Shown: positions 15,001 through 23,950, counted from the first letter of the stretch. The stretch: DNA of 41,335 nt from an uncultured Ruminococcus sp. (GCA_902803255.1 CADCPG010000048.1:1-41335), one strand, 5' to 3'. Translations and numbers: made by a program. The notes: generated by a model not told the origin, from the sequence alone.

Positions 15001-15531
15001 TCAGCCCGCGGCCTGGAGCGGACTCACCGTCTTCACTTTGCCGTCGAACTGCGCGAGCCGGGTGTGGAGCGACATCTCCCTGCCGACCGCCACCGGTTCC
15101 CCGCCGGCGTCGAGCCTGCCCGCCGCCGAATCGGTGAGGACGCACTTCATGACGATGGTTATGTCGACATAGGTGTCGGCGGGATACGGGATCCCGACGA
15201 TGCTCTCGCCCGCGACGCTCTCGATCCGCGACGGCACCACGTTGCAGCTCAGAACGGTTCCGATCACGTCGCCGTCGCCGTTGCGAAGCTCGGTCCCCTC
15301 GGCGAGGCCGCCGACGGTCAGCTGAGCGACGTCAGCCTTTTCGACCGACAGCTCAACCCGGAAGTCGTGCCTGTTTCCCGCCATCTTCTCGAGCGGGATG
15401 AACCGCAGCGCCGCGGCGAGGACTATCGCGGCGAGCGCGACGATCACGAAGACGTCGAGCACTCCGAAGCCGCGCCCCCTCAGCGCCGAGCGTCTGCCGT
15501 TCTTTTCTTCTCTCTCTTTGAACGTACCCAT
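15001..15531 (-). CDS. DUF4330-like single-pass membrane protein (paralog 2)
   Basis: N-terminal anchor GFGVLDVFVIVALAAIVLAA, then a beta-rich domain. It shares NGDGDVIGTVLS with DPDGRVLGTVVS in the neighbouring gene. I chose the ATG at 15531, with SD GAAGGTGG upstream. Confidence 0.65.
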   Translation of the reverse strand: MGTFKEREEKNGRRSALRGRGFGVLDVFVIVALAAIVLAAALRFIPLEKMAGNRHDFRVELSVEKADVAQLTVGGLAEGTELRNGDGDVIGTVLSCNVVPSRIESVAGESIVGIPYPADTYVDITIVMKCVLTDSAAGRLDAGGEPVAVGREMSLHTRLAQFDGKVKTVSPLQAAG

Positions 15532-15547
15532 TTCCGTCCCCACCTTC

Positions 15548-16168
15548 TCAGTCAGCGACTGTCAGCGAGCGGCAGCGTCCCTGCCCTTCGAAATCGGGCG
15601 TGATCACCGAATAGACGGCTCCGACCGAGATCCTGACGCCGTCGGTCTCGAGCGCTCCGCGCGTCTGCCGGGCGTCGGCCGATATCGTGAGCGTGAGGTC
15701 GGACAGGTCATCCGAATAGGCGGCCACGACGGCTCCGGAGGTCTCGGAATAGACGTACTCGCGGTGCTTTTCCTCGGCGGCTGACACGACGGTCCCGAGC
15801 ACCCTGCCGTCGGGATCGGTGACTTTGCCTCCCGCCGCGATGTGCCCGGCCGTGCCGGCGGGCACCTTCTCGAAGGTCACCCGGTATTCGATGAGAGCGT
15901 TCGCCGCCCGGCCGCTCCGGCCCGAGAACAGGCCGGGAAAATACGCGTAGACTATCATAGCGGCTGCTGCGACGAGAAGTATGATGATCGAAAGATCGAT
16001 TATGTTGAACTTTCCGCGGCTCTTCTTTTTCCGGGCGGGCGGCGCCTGCGCGAGATCGGAAAGGGCTGGATCGGGCTCGGCGCTCCGCACCGTCACGATC
16101 TCATCCCCGTATCCGGGATACGCGCCGCCGGACATGCCGGATGCGTTTATTCTATCCTCATTTTCCAT
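15548..16168 (-). CDS. DUF4330-like single-pass membrane protein (paralog 1)
   Basis: KFNIIDLSIIILLVAAAAMIVYAYF matches my recollection of the DUF4330 N-terminal signature (kiNiiDllvill). SD GAAAGGT lies 8 nt upstream. Confidence 0.65.
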   Translation of the reverse strand: MENEDRINASGMSGGAYPGYGDEIVTVRSAEPDPALSDLAQAPPARKKKSRGKFNIIDLSIIILLVAAAAMIVYAYFPGLFSGRSGRAANALIEYRVTFEKVPAGTAGHIAAGGKVTDPDGRVLGTVVSAAEEKHREYVYSETSGAVVAAYSDDLSDLTLTISADARQTRGALETDGVRISVGAVYSVITPDFEGQGRCRSLTVAD

Positions 16169-16231
16169 CGGTAGGGACCTTTCTGTAGGTGTCTTTTGCG
16201 CCGGTCACTCTTCTTCCGTTTCCCGGCTTCG

Positions 16232-18160
16232 TCAGGAATAGTCGCTCATCTTTTCCCTGTCCTTGGTCTCGAAGATCAGGTCCGCGGACGCCGAGGCGAG
16301 CCCGGCGACGCAGCAGAACAGGAAGAAGACCCTGTAATTGTAAAGCGTATAGTCGAAGACTCCCGAGACGAGCAGCGCCGCCACCGAGGCCGCGAACGAG
16401 GCGCACATGCCACCCTGACCGCGCTTGAGAGTCGGGCCGTTCGAACAGGCGAGCAGGGCTCCGGCGCATTTGCGGAAGAGCGCGATCCCCGAGAGCACGA
16501 GCATGACGAGCGCCGGAAGTCCGGCGGTGAGAAGCAATTGAAGATATATGCTGTGTGAATGCGGGGCTCCCGTGGTTCCCGGAAGCGAATAGTTGAGATA
16601 AACGTTCCGAAACGCGATGTCGCCGGCTCCTCCCCCTGTGAAAAGGAAGTCGCGGAGCGCGGACACGCAGGCGTTCCAGATCCTTACGCGGTATCCGTTG
16701 GCGGTGTCGGCGGCTGAAAACATGTACGATAGTCTTTTTCCCACCGTCTGCGGGAAGGCGGCGGCGCACAGGCAGCCGGCCCCCAGCGCGGCCGGGACCG
16801 CGGCGAGTCCGCGCGCAGACACGCATACGCACAGCACGACCGCTCCGGCGGCTAGGCCGGCCCAGCCGCTTCGCGACCAGGTGAGGACGGAGCATACCGC
16901 GACCGCGGCCGACGACAGCAGCGACAGCGTCTTCAGCCCGGCGCCCTCCCCGGAGACGAGGGGACGCAGGACTACGGGAAACGCCAGCGCGAGATATGCC
17001 GCCAGCATGTTCGGATTCTCAAATACCGAAGTTACCCGTCCCGGTATCGCCGAAAACAGCGACTCGTCGAGCCAGTCGAAGGCAGCAGTTCCGGCGACGA
17101 ACTGGGCGATGCCGATGAGCGATATCACGGTGGCGGGGACGGCTATGGCGGTCGAAGCGTGACGGAGCCTCTTTTCGCTTCCGGCCATACTGTGAGTCAG
17201 GAAATATCCCGACGCCAGCGCGCACATGAGCAGCGCCGTCCTCATTGAATAAGCGCTGCCGTAGGATATCCCCGAGAGCAGTATCGCGAACATCAGAAGC
17301 AGAACGGGCACTTCCGAAGGGGTAAGGCGTAACACCCTCCGCCCTCTTATGAGCTTCCCGAGCCATCCGACGAAGACCGCGACGAGCAGCACTCCCAGGG
17401 TGAGCGAGGGCGAGCGGAAGAGCGACATGAACGGGGCCGCCGCGATGAGCAGTACGATCCCCGAATCGGGGAATTTCAGCAGGAAGACCACGGCGAGGAA
17501 GGAGAGCCACAGCTCTAGGACCTCCCCGGGCGGTATGAACAGCGTCGCGGCCCCGCTGAGGAGACCGGCAAGCACCGCGAAGGGCACCGGACGGCCGCCC
17601 GCCGGCGGAAGTCCGAGCTTTTCGGGGAGCAGCCCCATCCCGTCGGTCAGGATCTCCCTGAAGAGACGGCTGCCGTCGAGCAGTTCAGATACCGATCTGT
17701 CGGTGAAAAACAGCGGAATGAAGCACGCCGTGAGCAGGAGCGGAAGAGCCATCGATCTCACCGCCGGCGCGACCGAGAAACCGCTCGCCGAAAAGAACCG
17801 GGGGATCATCACGGCGGCCGACGAGGCCGAGAACGAAAGGACGAACGCGGCGTATGCCTTGGCCGGAAGTCTGACGAGTCCCGTTCCGACGCGCTCGCCG
17901 AGTCCGGCAAGGCACGAGGTCTCATAGGCTTCCGACAGAGTCCGGAGCAGCTTCATGCGAAGTCCCCCGAGACCGGTGAAGAGCCTGTAGAAGAATGAGC
18001 CCTCCAGCCGCTCGAGGCTTTTTCCGTACGACATGGCCGCCGCGGCGGTCTTTCCGCGTCTGAACGCCCTTCCGGCGGCGTCGAAAATACTGCCGAAGAA
18101 ACCGGGAGAGCGCCCTGCCGTCCTGCCCGCCGTATTGTCCGTATTCGATTTTTTCTTCAT
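16232..18160 (-). CDS. O-antigen ligase / Wzy_C-family polytopic membrane protein
   Basis: 642 aa with more than 10 TM segments. The characteristic loop is VLTWSRSGWAGLAAGAVVL. No clear SD at the annotated ATG, so the start is uncertain. Confidence 0.75.
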   Translation of the reverse strand: MKKKSNTDNTAGRTAGRSPGFFGSIFDAAGRAFRRGKTAAAAMSYGKSLERLEGSFFYRLFTGLGGLRMKLLRTLSEAYETSCLAGLGERVGTGLVRLPAKAYAAFVLSFSASSAAVMIPRFFSASGFSVAPAVRSMALPLLLTACFIPLFFTDRSVSELLDGSRLFREILTDGMGLLPEKLGLPPAGGRPVPFAVLAGLLSGAATLFIPPGEVLELWLSFLAVVFLLKFPDSGIVLLIAAAPFMSLFRSPSLTLGVLLVAVFVGWLGKLIRGRRVLRLTPSEVPVLLLMFAILLSGISYGSAYSMRTALLMCALASGYFLTHSMAGSEKRLRHASTAIAVPATVISLIGIAQFVAGTAAFDWLDESLFSAIPGRVTSVFENPNMLAAYLALAFPVVLRPLVSGEGAGLKTLSLLSSAAVAVCSVLTWSRSGWAGLAAGAVVLCVCVSARGLAAVPAALGAGCLCAAAFPQTVGKRLSYMFSAADTANGYRVRIWNACVSALRDFLFTGGGAGDIAFRNVYLNYSLPGTTGAPHSHSIYLQLLLTAGLPALVMLVLSGIALFRKCAGALLACSNGPTLKRGQGGMCASFAASVAALLVSGVFDYTLYNYRVFFLFCCVAGLASASADLIFETKDREKMSDYS

Positions 18161-18227
18161 TTACAGTAAATGCGGCGCGGCGGGAAAGCATCGCAGACTG
18201 CGCTGCGCGTCCCGGCAGAGTCCTGTG

Positions 18228-18950
18228 TCAGTCCCTGCCTTTTTCTCCGCCTGTCTCGCGCTTCCTCCTTTCGGTGAGGTCCGGCCTGCGCTCTTCGGTA
18301 AGCCGCAGGGCGGCTTCGGCGCGCCATCTGTCAACGGCGGCGTGGTCGCCTGAAAGCAGTATATCGGGGACCTTCAGTCCCCTGAACTCGTAAGGTCTCG
18401 TATATTGGGGATACTCGAGCAGGCCGTCCGAAAAGCTTTCCACGAGATGGCACTCCGGAGCCGAGAGCACTCCGGGGACGGTCCTCGCGACGGCGTCGAC
18501 GAGTATGCAGGCGGGGATCTCGCCTCCGGTGAGCACGTAGTCGCCGATCGAGATCTCCTCGTCGACGGCGAGTTCCAGCGCGCGTTCGTCGATGCCCTCG
18601 TAATGCCCGCACAGGAGTATGAGCCTGCCGTATTCCTCCGACAGCTCCGCGGCGCGCTTCTGGGTCAGCAGGGCTCCCTTCGGGGAGAGATAGATGACTC
18701 TCGTCGGGACGCCGGGGTCCTCGTCCCTCACGGCCTCGACCGCCTTCACCACGGGAGGGGCGGCGATCAGCATCCCCTTCCCTCCGCCGTACGGGGTGTC
18801 GTCCACCCTGCCGGTGCGGTTCCCGCTGAAATCGCGGAGGTTGTGCATACGCACATCGATCGCTCCGCTCCTTCTCGCCCGCCCGATTATGCTCTCGGAG
18901 AGGACATAGTCGACGAGGTCGGGGAAAAGGGTTATGATGTCGAATCTCAT
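18228..18950 (-). CDS. trmD: tRNA (guanine37-N1)-methyltransferase
   Basis: MRFDIITLFPDL, VDDTPYGGGKGML and LLCGHYEGIDERA. The start shares 1 nt with the rimM stop. Confidence 0.93.
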   Translation of the reverse strand: MRFDIITLFPDLVDYVLSESIIGRARRSGAIDVRMHNLRDFSGNRTGRVDDTPYGGGKGMLIAAPPVVKAVEAVRDEDPGVPTRVIYLSPKGALLTQKRAAELSEEYGRLILLCGHYEGIDERALELAVDEEISIGDYVLTGGEIPACILVDAVARTVPGVLSAPECHLVESFSDGLLEYPQYTRPYEFRGLKVPDILLSGDHAAVDRWRAEAALRLTEERRPDLTERRKRETGGEKGRD

Positions 18951-19516
18951 CAGTCAAACATTCCTTCGATGGGTCTTACGTAGATGCCGCTTCCGGGGTC
19001 GATCCTGATCACGAACTCCTTCACGGCCGGCATCATGCGCTGGCCCGACGGGGTGTCGACGGTATAGACGTCCGACGCTCCCGCGTTGAATACGTCCGCG
19101 AGGCGCCCGTATTCCTTCCCGGTGTCGGCGTCGACGACCGGCAGGCCGATCAGGTCGGCGATGAAGAATGCCCCGTCGTCGAGCGGCAGATCGCTCTTCG
19201 CGGCATACGCGACGGCCCCTCTCATTGCCTCGGCGGCGTCGATGCCGTCGATGTCCGAGAGCTTCATGAAAACGTGGTTCCTGCTGACTTTCGCCGAGAG
19301 CACCCGGCGGCCGCGAAGCTCCCTGCCGTCGGCGAAATATATGACCTCCAGCGACGCGAGCACCGCGGGGGAGTCGCACCACGATTCGAGCTTGACCTCT
19401 CCGTCGAGTCCGCGCGTGTTAACTATTTTCCCGCATTCGAGGAACCCGTTCTCCGGGCGTCGCGAAGCGCTGTTCCGGTCCTGTCCCCGGACCTGTTTTC
19501 CGTCTTCTCCGGACAT
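18950..19516 (-). CDS. rimM: Ribosome maturation factor RimM
   Basis: GKIVNTRGLDGEVKLESWCDSP and a C-terminal PRC-barrel region. I chose the ATG at 19516, with SD GGAGAGGTG 9 nt upstream. Confidence 0.88.
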   Translation of the reverse strand: MSGEDGKQVRGQDRNSASRRPENGFLECGKIVNTRGLDGEVKLESWCDSPAVLASLEVIYFADGRELRGRRVLSAKVSRNHVFMKLSDIDGIDAAEAMRGAVAYAAKSDLPLDDGAFFIADLIGLPVVDADTGKEYGRLADVFNAGASDVYTVDTPSGQRMMPAVKEFVIRIDPGSGIYVRPIEGMFD

Positions 19517-19557
19517 GGCAGGCCGCACCTCTCCAAACTAAAGATTTACTCAACATA

Positions 19558-19586
19558 ATTATAGCACATTACTGTTTTTTTTTCAA
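19558..19586 (-). promoter_or_regulatory. Sigma-A-type promoter with extended -10 for rimM-trmD
   Basis: The minus strand reads TTGAAA-17 nt-TATAAT, and the spacer ends in TGc (TGnTATAAT). Confidence 0.7.
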
Positions 19587-19625
19587 GATGTAACGCGATT
19601 TTTGGGGCACACGCACAAATAACTC

Positions 19626-19654
19626 TTGATTAATCACGCCGATTATTGTATAAT
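19626..19654 (+). promoter_or_regulatory. Sigma-A-type promoter for yajC
   Basis: TTGATT (19626-19631), a 17-nt spacer, then TATAAT (19649-19654). Confidence 0.7.
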
Positions 19655-19672
19655 AAGTGATAAAGTTCAATG

Positions 19673-19708
19673 GCCGTCCCTGCCCGCGGGAAAAGCGCGG
19701 GGGACGGC
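19673..19708 (+). other. GC-rich stem-loop in the yajC 5' leader
   Basis: GCCGTCCC-(tgc)-CCGCG-ggaaaag-CGCGG-GGGACGGC, 13 bp with a 3-nt bulge. It is followed directly by AGGAAAGG, not by a U-run. Confidence 0.55.
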
Positions 19709-19729
19709 AGGAAAGGCACGGACATACAA

Positions 19730-20185
19730 ATGCGATTCGTTTCACTACTGACCGCCTCCACCGCCCCGTCGGGCGCGGCGGGATTCTTCCAGCAGTACGG
19801 CATGATAATCCTCATCGTCGTGATGGTGGTCCTCCTCTATTTCGTCATGATACGTCCCCAGCGCAAGCAGGAGAAGGAGACCCGCGAGATGAGGAACAAC
19901 CTCGCCATCGGCGACGAGATCGTCACCATCGGCGGCATCGTCGGGATAATCATATCGATCAGCGGCGAGGACACCGTCACCATCGTCTCCTCGCGCGACC
20001 GCACGAGACTTCAGATCCTCCGCAGCTCGGTATCCAGAGTGCAGGTGCACGCCGGCGGCGGACAGCAGGCACAGTCTTCCGACCAGAAGGACGCGGGCGA
20101 CAAAAAGGACAACTCCGACAAAAAGAAGAATGCAGCCGGGGATGAGAGCAAACCCGCCGACAAACCGGAAAACGAAAAAAAATAA
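19730..20185 (+). CDS. yajC: Preprotein translocase subunit YajC with a Lys/Asp-rich C-terminal tail
   Basis: MIILIVVMVVLLYFVMIRPQRKQEKE and GDEIVTIGGIVG. The ATG at 19730 is preferred. The track start at 19670 lacks an SD and lies inside the leader hairpin. Confidence 0.85.
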   Translation: MRFVSLLTASTAPSGAAGFFQQYGMIILIVVMVVLLYFVMIRPQRKQEKETREMRNNLAIGDEIVTIGGIVGIIISISGEDTVTIVSSRDRTRLQILRSSVSRVQVHAGGGQQAQSSDQKDAGDKKDNSDKKKNAAGDESKPADKPENEKK

Positions 20186-20207
20186 TCTCCCGCGTGCGCA
20201 AAACCGG

Positions 20208-20236
20208 TTGCAAAACGCGGCTGATAATGGTATAAT
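20208..20236 (+). promoter_or_regulatory. Sigma-A-type promoter for the family-5 SBP gene
   Basis: TTGCAA (20208-20213), a 17-nt spacer, then TATAAT (20231-20236). Confidence 0.7.
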
Positions 20237-20292
20237 AATATTATAATCTTTTTTCTCCGTAAAGAAACACCTGCAAGGAGGACTTCCCCACC

Positions 20293-22149
20293 ATGTCAAA
20301 GCGCATTACCGCTTTATTACTCACAGCGCTGGTTCTCGTCGGCTGTCTGGCAGGATGCTATGACAGGAAGATCGACGGCGAAAACGTCTTCGGCGCCGAG
20401 ATCACGCTGTACCTGACCGATCCGGTCTACGAGCTCGACCCGGCGCTCTGCCTGAACAATGACTCGGCATACCAGCTCTGTTCACTGCTCTACGATACGC
20501 TCTTCAAGATCGACGCGAACGGAAAGCTCGTCCCCTCGATCGCCGAGAGTTACGAGATAATCAAGAACGAGAAGAAACACGAATACAAAATGAACATCAC
20601 CCTCCGCAGCGGGAACAGCTGGTCCGACGGCATCTATGTGTCGGCCGAAGACTGCATCTACGCGTGGAAGAGAGTTCTCGACCCCGAATTCAACAGTGAG
20701 GCCTGCTGCCTGCTCTACGACATACTCAACGCCAGAGAGGCCAAGCAGGGCGACTGCTCGATCGACGACGTCGGCATCTACGCGATCGACGAGCTGGTGC
20801 TCCAGATCACATTCGTCGGTGACATCGACTACAACGCCTTCCTTCTCAACCTCACCAGCGTCGCGCTGGCCCCGCTGCGCGAACGCATCGTCGAAAAGAA
20901 CGGCGACTGGGCAAAGAAGCCGGCCACCACGGTCAACTCCGGCCCCTTCATGCTCCGCCGCGTCAACTACGGCTTCGACACCGCCAACACTCCCGATTCC
21001 TCGTACGCCTCGATGACGCTCGAGCGCAACTCGTTCTACCGCCGCGGCAAGGACTCAAAGCACCTTGACGAGAGCGTCACCCCCTACAGACTGATCGTCG
21101 ACTTCTCGAGGACCAAGGAGGAACAGCTCGCCGACTTCGCCGAAGGAAAGATCTTCTACGTCGGCGATATCGCGCTGAGCGCCCGCGCCAACTACAAAGA
21201 CACCGCCGTCATCAACGATCTCCTTTCCACCCATACATATTACCTCAACGAAAAGGCTGACATCGCAAAGGCCGACGGCACGACCGAGAAGCTCTTCGCC
21301 GACAGGAACATCCGCCTTGCCCTCTCGGCCGCGATCGACCGCGAGGCAATAGCGGCGCAGGTCGTATTCGCGAAGGCGGCTTCCGCCATCGTTCCCGGCA
21401 AGGTATTCGAGGCCGGAAGCGTCAAGACGCTGTTCCGGAGCGTCGGCGGCGATCTGATAAAGACTACCGCCGATACTTCCGCCGCGGCCGGATTCATCTC
21501 CGCCTCCGGAAAGAACCCCGCCGACTACACCTTCTCGATCAGCGTCCGCGCCGACGACGAGGTCCACGTCGCGATAGCCGATGCGGTCTGCGAGTCCTGG
21601 AAGCAGCTCGGGTTCAACGTCTCGGTCAACAAGGTCCAGCTCTCTGTCAACGACGAGAAGCTCGCCGGTGAAGACGTCAAGGATATCTACGACGACAACT
21701 TCTGCGAGAGGTTCTACGACGGCAGATTCGAAGTCGCCGCGATCGACCTCATCGCCAACACGCCCGACGCCTACTCCGTCCTCGCGCCCTTCGCCACCGA
21801 CTATTCCGGCCAGGGTCAGGCCATGACATCGGACGAATACATCGACGTCCCGCACAAGACCGGCTATTCCGACGAAGCCTACGATGCCATCATAGACAAG
21901 GCGTTCGGCGCCGCGAACTCCGCCGACAGGGCGGCCGCGCTGCATGAAGCCGAAGCCAAGCTCATGGAAGACATGCCCGTCATCCCGATCCTCTTCAACC
22001 AGGATGCGTACCTCATCTCCGGCGATCTTTCGAAAGTCAAAGTCGACTACTTCGGCGGCAAGATATTCACAAAGGCCAAACTCAAGAACTACATCGACTA
22101 CATCGTGATCACGACCGAAGAGGAAGAGGAGAAAAAAGAGGCTGAATAA
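20293..22149 (+). CDS. ABC-transporter substrate-binding lipoprotein, family 5 (peptide/oligosaccharide, OppA/DppA-like)
   Basis: Lipoprotein signal LLLTALVLVGCLAGC. The family-5 core is LVPSIAESYEI...ITLRSGNSWSDGIYVSAEDCIYAWKRVLDP. SD AAGGAGGA upstream. 618 aa. Confidence 0.85.
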   Translation: MSKRITALLLTALVLVGCLAGCYDRKIDGENVFGAEITLYLTDPVYELDPALCLNNDSAYQLCSLLYDTLFKIDANGKLVPSIAESYEIIKNEKKHEYKMNITLRSGNSWSDGIYVSAEDCIYAWKRVLDPEFNSEACCLLYDILNAREAKQGDCSIDDVGIYAIDELVLQITFVGDIDYNAFLLNLTSVALAPLRERIVEKNGDWAKKPATTVNSGPFMLRRVNYGFDTANTPDSSYASMTLERNSFYRRGKDSKHLDESVTPYRLIVDFSRTKEEQLADFAEGKIFYVGDIALSARANYKDTAVINDLLSTHTYYLNEKADIAKADGTTEKLFADRNIRLALSAAIDREAIAAQVVFAKAASAIVPGKVFEAGSVKTLFRSVGGDLIKTTADTSAAAGFISASGKNPADYTFSISVRADDEVHVAIADAVCESWKQLGFNVSVNKVQLSVNDEKLAGEDVKDIYDDNFCERFYDGRFEVAAIDLIANTPDAYSVLAPFATDYSGQGQAMTSDEYIDVPHKTGYSDEAYDAIIDKAFGAANSADRAAALHEAEAKLMEDMPVIPILFNQDAYLISGDLSKVKVDYFGGKIFTKAKLKNYIDYIVITTEEEEEKKEAE

Positions 22150-22253
22150 AGCCCCGTCTCCGGCACTCCGCCGCCCTTTCCGCTCCTCATCCCCCCACCC
22201 CGCTGCTATGCCATCCCGCCGAGGGTGACGGCAGACGGGCTATGATGAGCAAA

Positions 22254-22300
22254 CATACGCACAGACGCATATACGCATATACGCACAGACACACAAACAG
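22254..22300 (+). repeat. Irregular short direct repeats (ATACGCA x3, ATACGCACAGAC x2) in the intergenic region
   Basis: The sequence is catacgcacagacgcatatacgcatatacgcacagacacacaaacag. The 12-mer occurs at 22255 and 22279, 24 bp apart. Confidence 0.8.
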
Positions 22301-22373
22301 AAGAAACCGGGACGGACATCCGGTCCCGGGCGAATGAGCCTTAATTACAAATATTGAAAGGAATCAAACGAAG

Positions 22374-23876
22374 ATGATGAAAAAGCATTCCGTTGCCATT
22401 CTTTCCATTCTCCTCGCCGCGATGTTCGCTATCTCCCTGCTTTCGTCCTGCGCGGCCCCGGGCGGAACCGACAGCAAGACGGATGAAGTATCCGGAGCCG
22501 CCGGATCATCAGCGGATATCACCACGGCATCGATGTACGACGATGAGGGTTACCTGCTTGACGACCTGCCGGCAGACCTGAAATTCGGCGACACCCTCTC
22601 TATCCTCCGCTGGGAGGACGTCGAGCACCCCGAATTCGACGTTGAGGAGCAGACCGGCGACCTCATACTCGACCAGCTCTTCTCCAGAAACCAGACCGTC
22701 GAGACGAGACTCGGCCTGACGATCGAATGGCACGCGATAAAGGGCAACAGCGATAACAGATCGAACTGGAACAACCACCTTATCAACAAGGCCAAGAGCG
22801 GCGACGCCGACTACGACGTCCTCGCCAGCTATTCCCTTTCCATTGCGATGAACGCGAGCAGCGGACTGCTCACCGACATGCTCAACACCTCGACCTGCCC
22901 CTACCTCAACTTCTCGCAGCCCTGGTGGTCCGATCTCCTCGTCGAACAGGCCACGATCCTCGGCAAACTCTACTTCGCTTCGGGAGACATCTCGAGGAAC
23001 GCCCTCGAGATGATGTACGTCTGCTTCGTGAACAACGAGCTGCTCTCCAAGTACAACCTGGAGAACCCGCAGAAGTACGTCGAATCGGGCGACTGGACAT
23101 ATGACAAGTTCATCGAGATGTGCCAGGGCGTCTACGAAGGCGCCGGCACCAAGGACGCCGATGCCGACACGTTCGGCTATATGTGCTCGGGAATCCACAA
23201 CGACCCGTGGTTCTACGGTTCGGGAGCCACGATCTGCGAAAAGGATGAGAACGGCTATATCGTTTCCTCCGAGTCGATGTTCGGCGAGCGCGTCGTCGAC
23301 ACCCTCGACAAGATGATAGGCCTCTTCGGCTCGCCGTACGGCATATACACCGACAGCGTCAAGCATCAGAAAGCCTTCCGCGACAACCGTATCCTCTTCT
23401 GCACCGACAGGTGCCGCTGCTCTCACAAGGTCTTTGCCGAGAACGCCGACTGCAAGTACGTCGTCGTTCCCTGCCCGAAGTACAACAAGGACCAGGACCG
23501 CTTCTACACCGTGATGGGCAACCCCTTCACCCTCTACGCGATCGCGGCCAACTGCGAGGACAAGGCGAAAGCCTCCGCCTTCGTCGAGTGCATGGCTTCC
23601 GAGGGATACCGCAAGGTCACCCCGGCCGTCTTTGAGCTCTCCCTCAAGACAAAATACGTCGACGACCCGACATCGGGCGAGATGTATGACATAATCCGCG
23701 AGAGCCTCACCTACGACCTCGGCAGGATCTTCTCCAACGACCTCATCGGTCAGGGCGACTTCCGCAGCGCCATATCGATGGCCTCCAACAGCTGGATGAC
23801 GAGAAAAGTCGGCATCGAGAAGAGGCTCGACTCGCTCACCAAGAAGCTTATGCAGTCCTTTGAGTCGCTCGGCTGA
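22374..23876 (+). CDS. Extracellular solute-binding lipoprotein, family 1 (large sugar-binding type, LplA/LipO-like)
   Basis: Lipoprotein signal ILLAAMFAISLLSSCAAPGG. About 500 aa with a W/Y/D-rich periplasmic-binding-fold profile. The substrate call is tentative. Confidence 0.75.
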   Translation: MMKKHSVAILSILLAAMFAISLLSSCAAPGGTDSKTDEVSGAAGSSADITTASMYDDEGYLLDDLPADLKFGDTLSILRWEDVEHPEFDVEEQTGDLILDQLFSRNQTVETRLGLTIEWHAIKGNSDNRSNWNNHLINKAKSGDADYDVLASYSLSIAMNASSGLLTDMLNTSTCPYLNFSQPWWSDLLVEQATILGKLYFASGDISRNALEMMYVCFVNNELLSKYNLENPQKYVESGDWTYDKFIEMCQGVYEGAGTKDADADTFGYMCSGIHNDPWFYGSGATICEKDENGYIVSSESMFGERVVDTLDKMIGLFGSPYGIYTDSVKHQKAFRDNRILFCTDRCRCSHKVFAENADCKYVVVPCPKYNKDQDRFYTVMGNPFTLYAIAANCEDKAKASAFVECMASEGYRKVTPAVFELSLKTKYVDDPTSGEMYDIIRESLTYDLGRIFSNDLIGQGDFRSAISMASNSWMTRKVGIEKRLDSLTKKLMQSFESLG

Positions 23877-23913
23877 AATGCCGGCCTCTGAAACTGAAAG
23901 CAGATCATATCCT

Positions 23914-23950
23914 CCCCGCCGCGGACTTTCCGCGGCGGGGCCTTTTATTT
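23914..23950 (+). terminator. Intrinsic terminator after the family-1 SBP gene
   Basis: ccccgccgcgg-actttc-cgcggcgggg, followed by ccttttattt. Confidence 0.85.

Noticed and set aside
20186-20220. A possible terminator after yajC (CCGCGT ... ACGCGG with an internal AACCGGTT palindrome).
   Set aside because: The stem is only 6 bp, with a 20-nt loop and no U-run. The right arm overlaps the spacer of the next promoter, immediately downstream of its -35 hexamer. It is not convincing as an intrinsic terminator.
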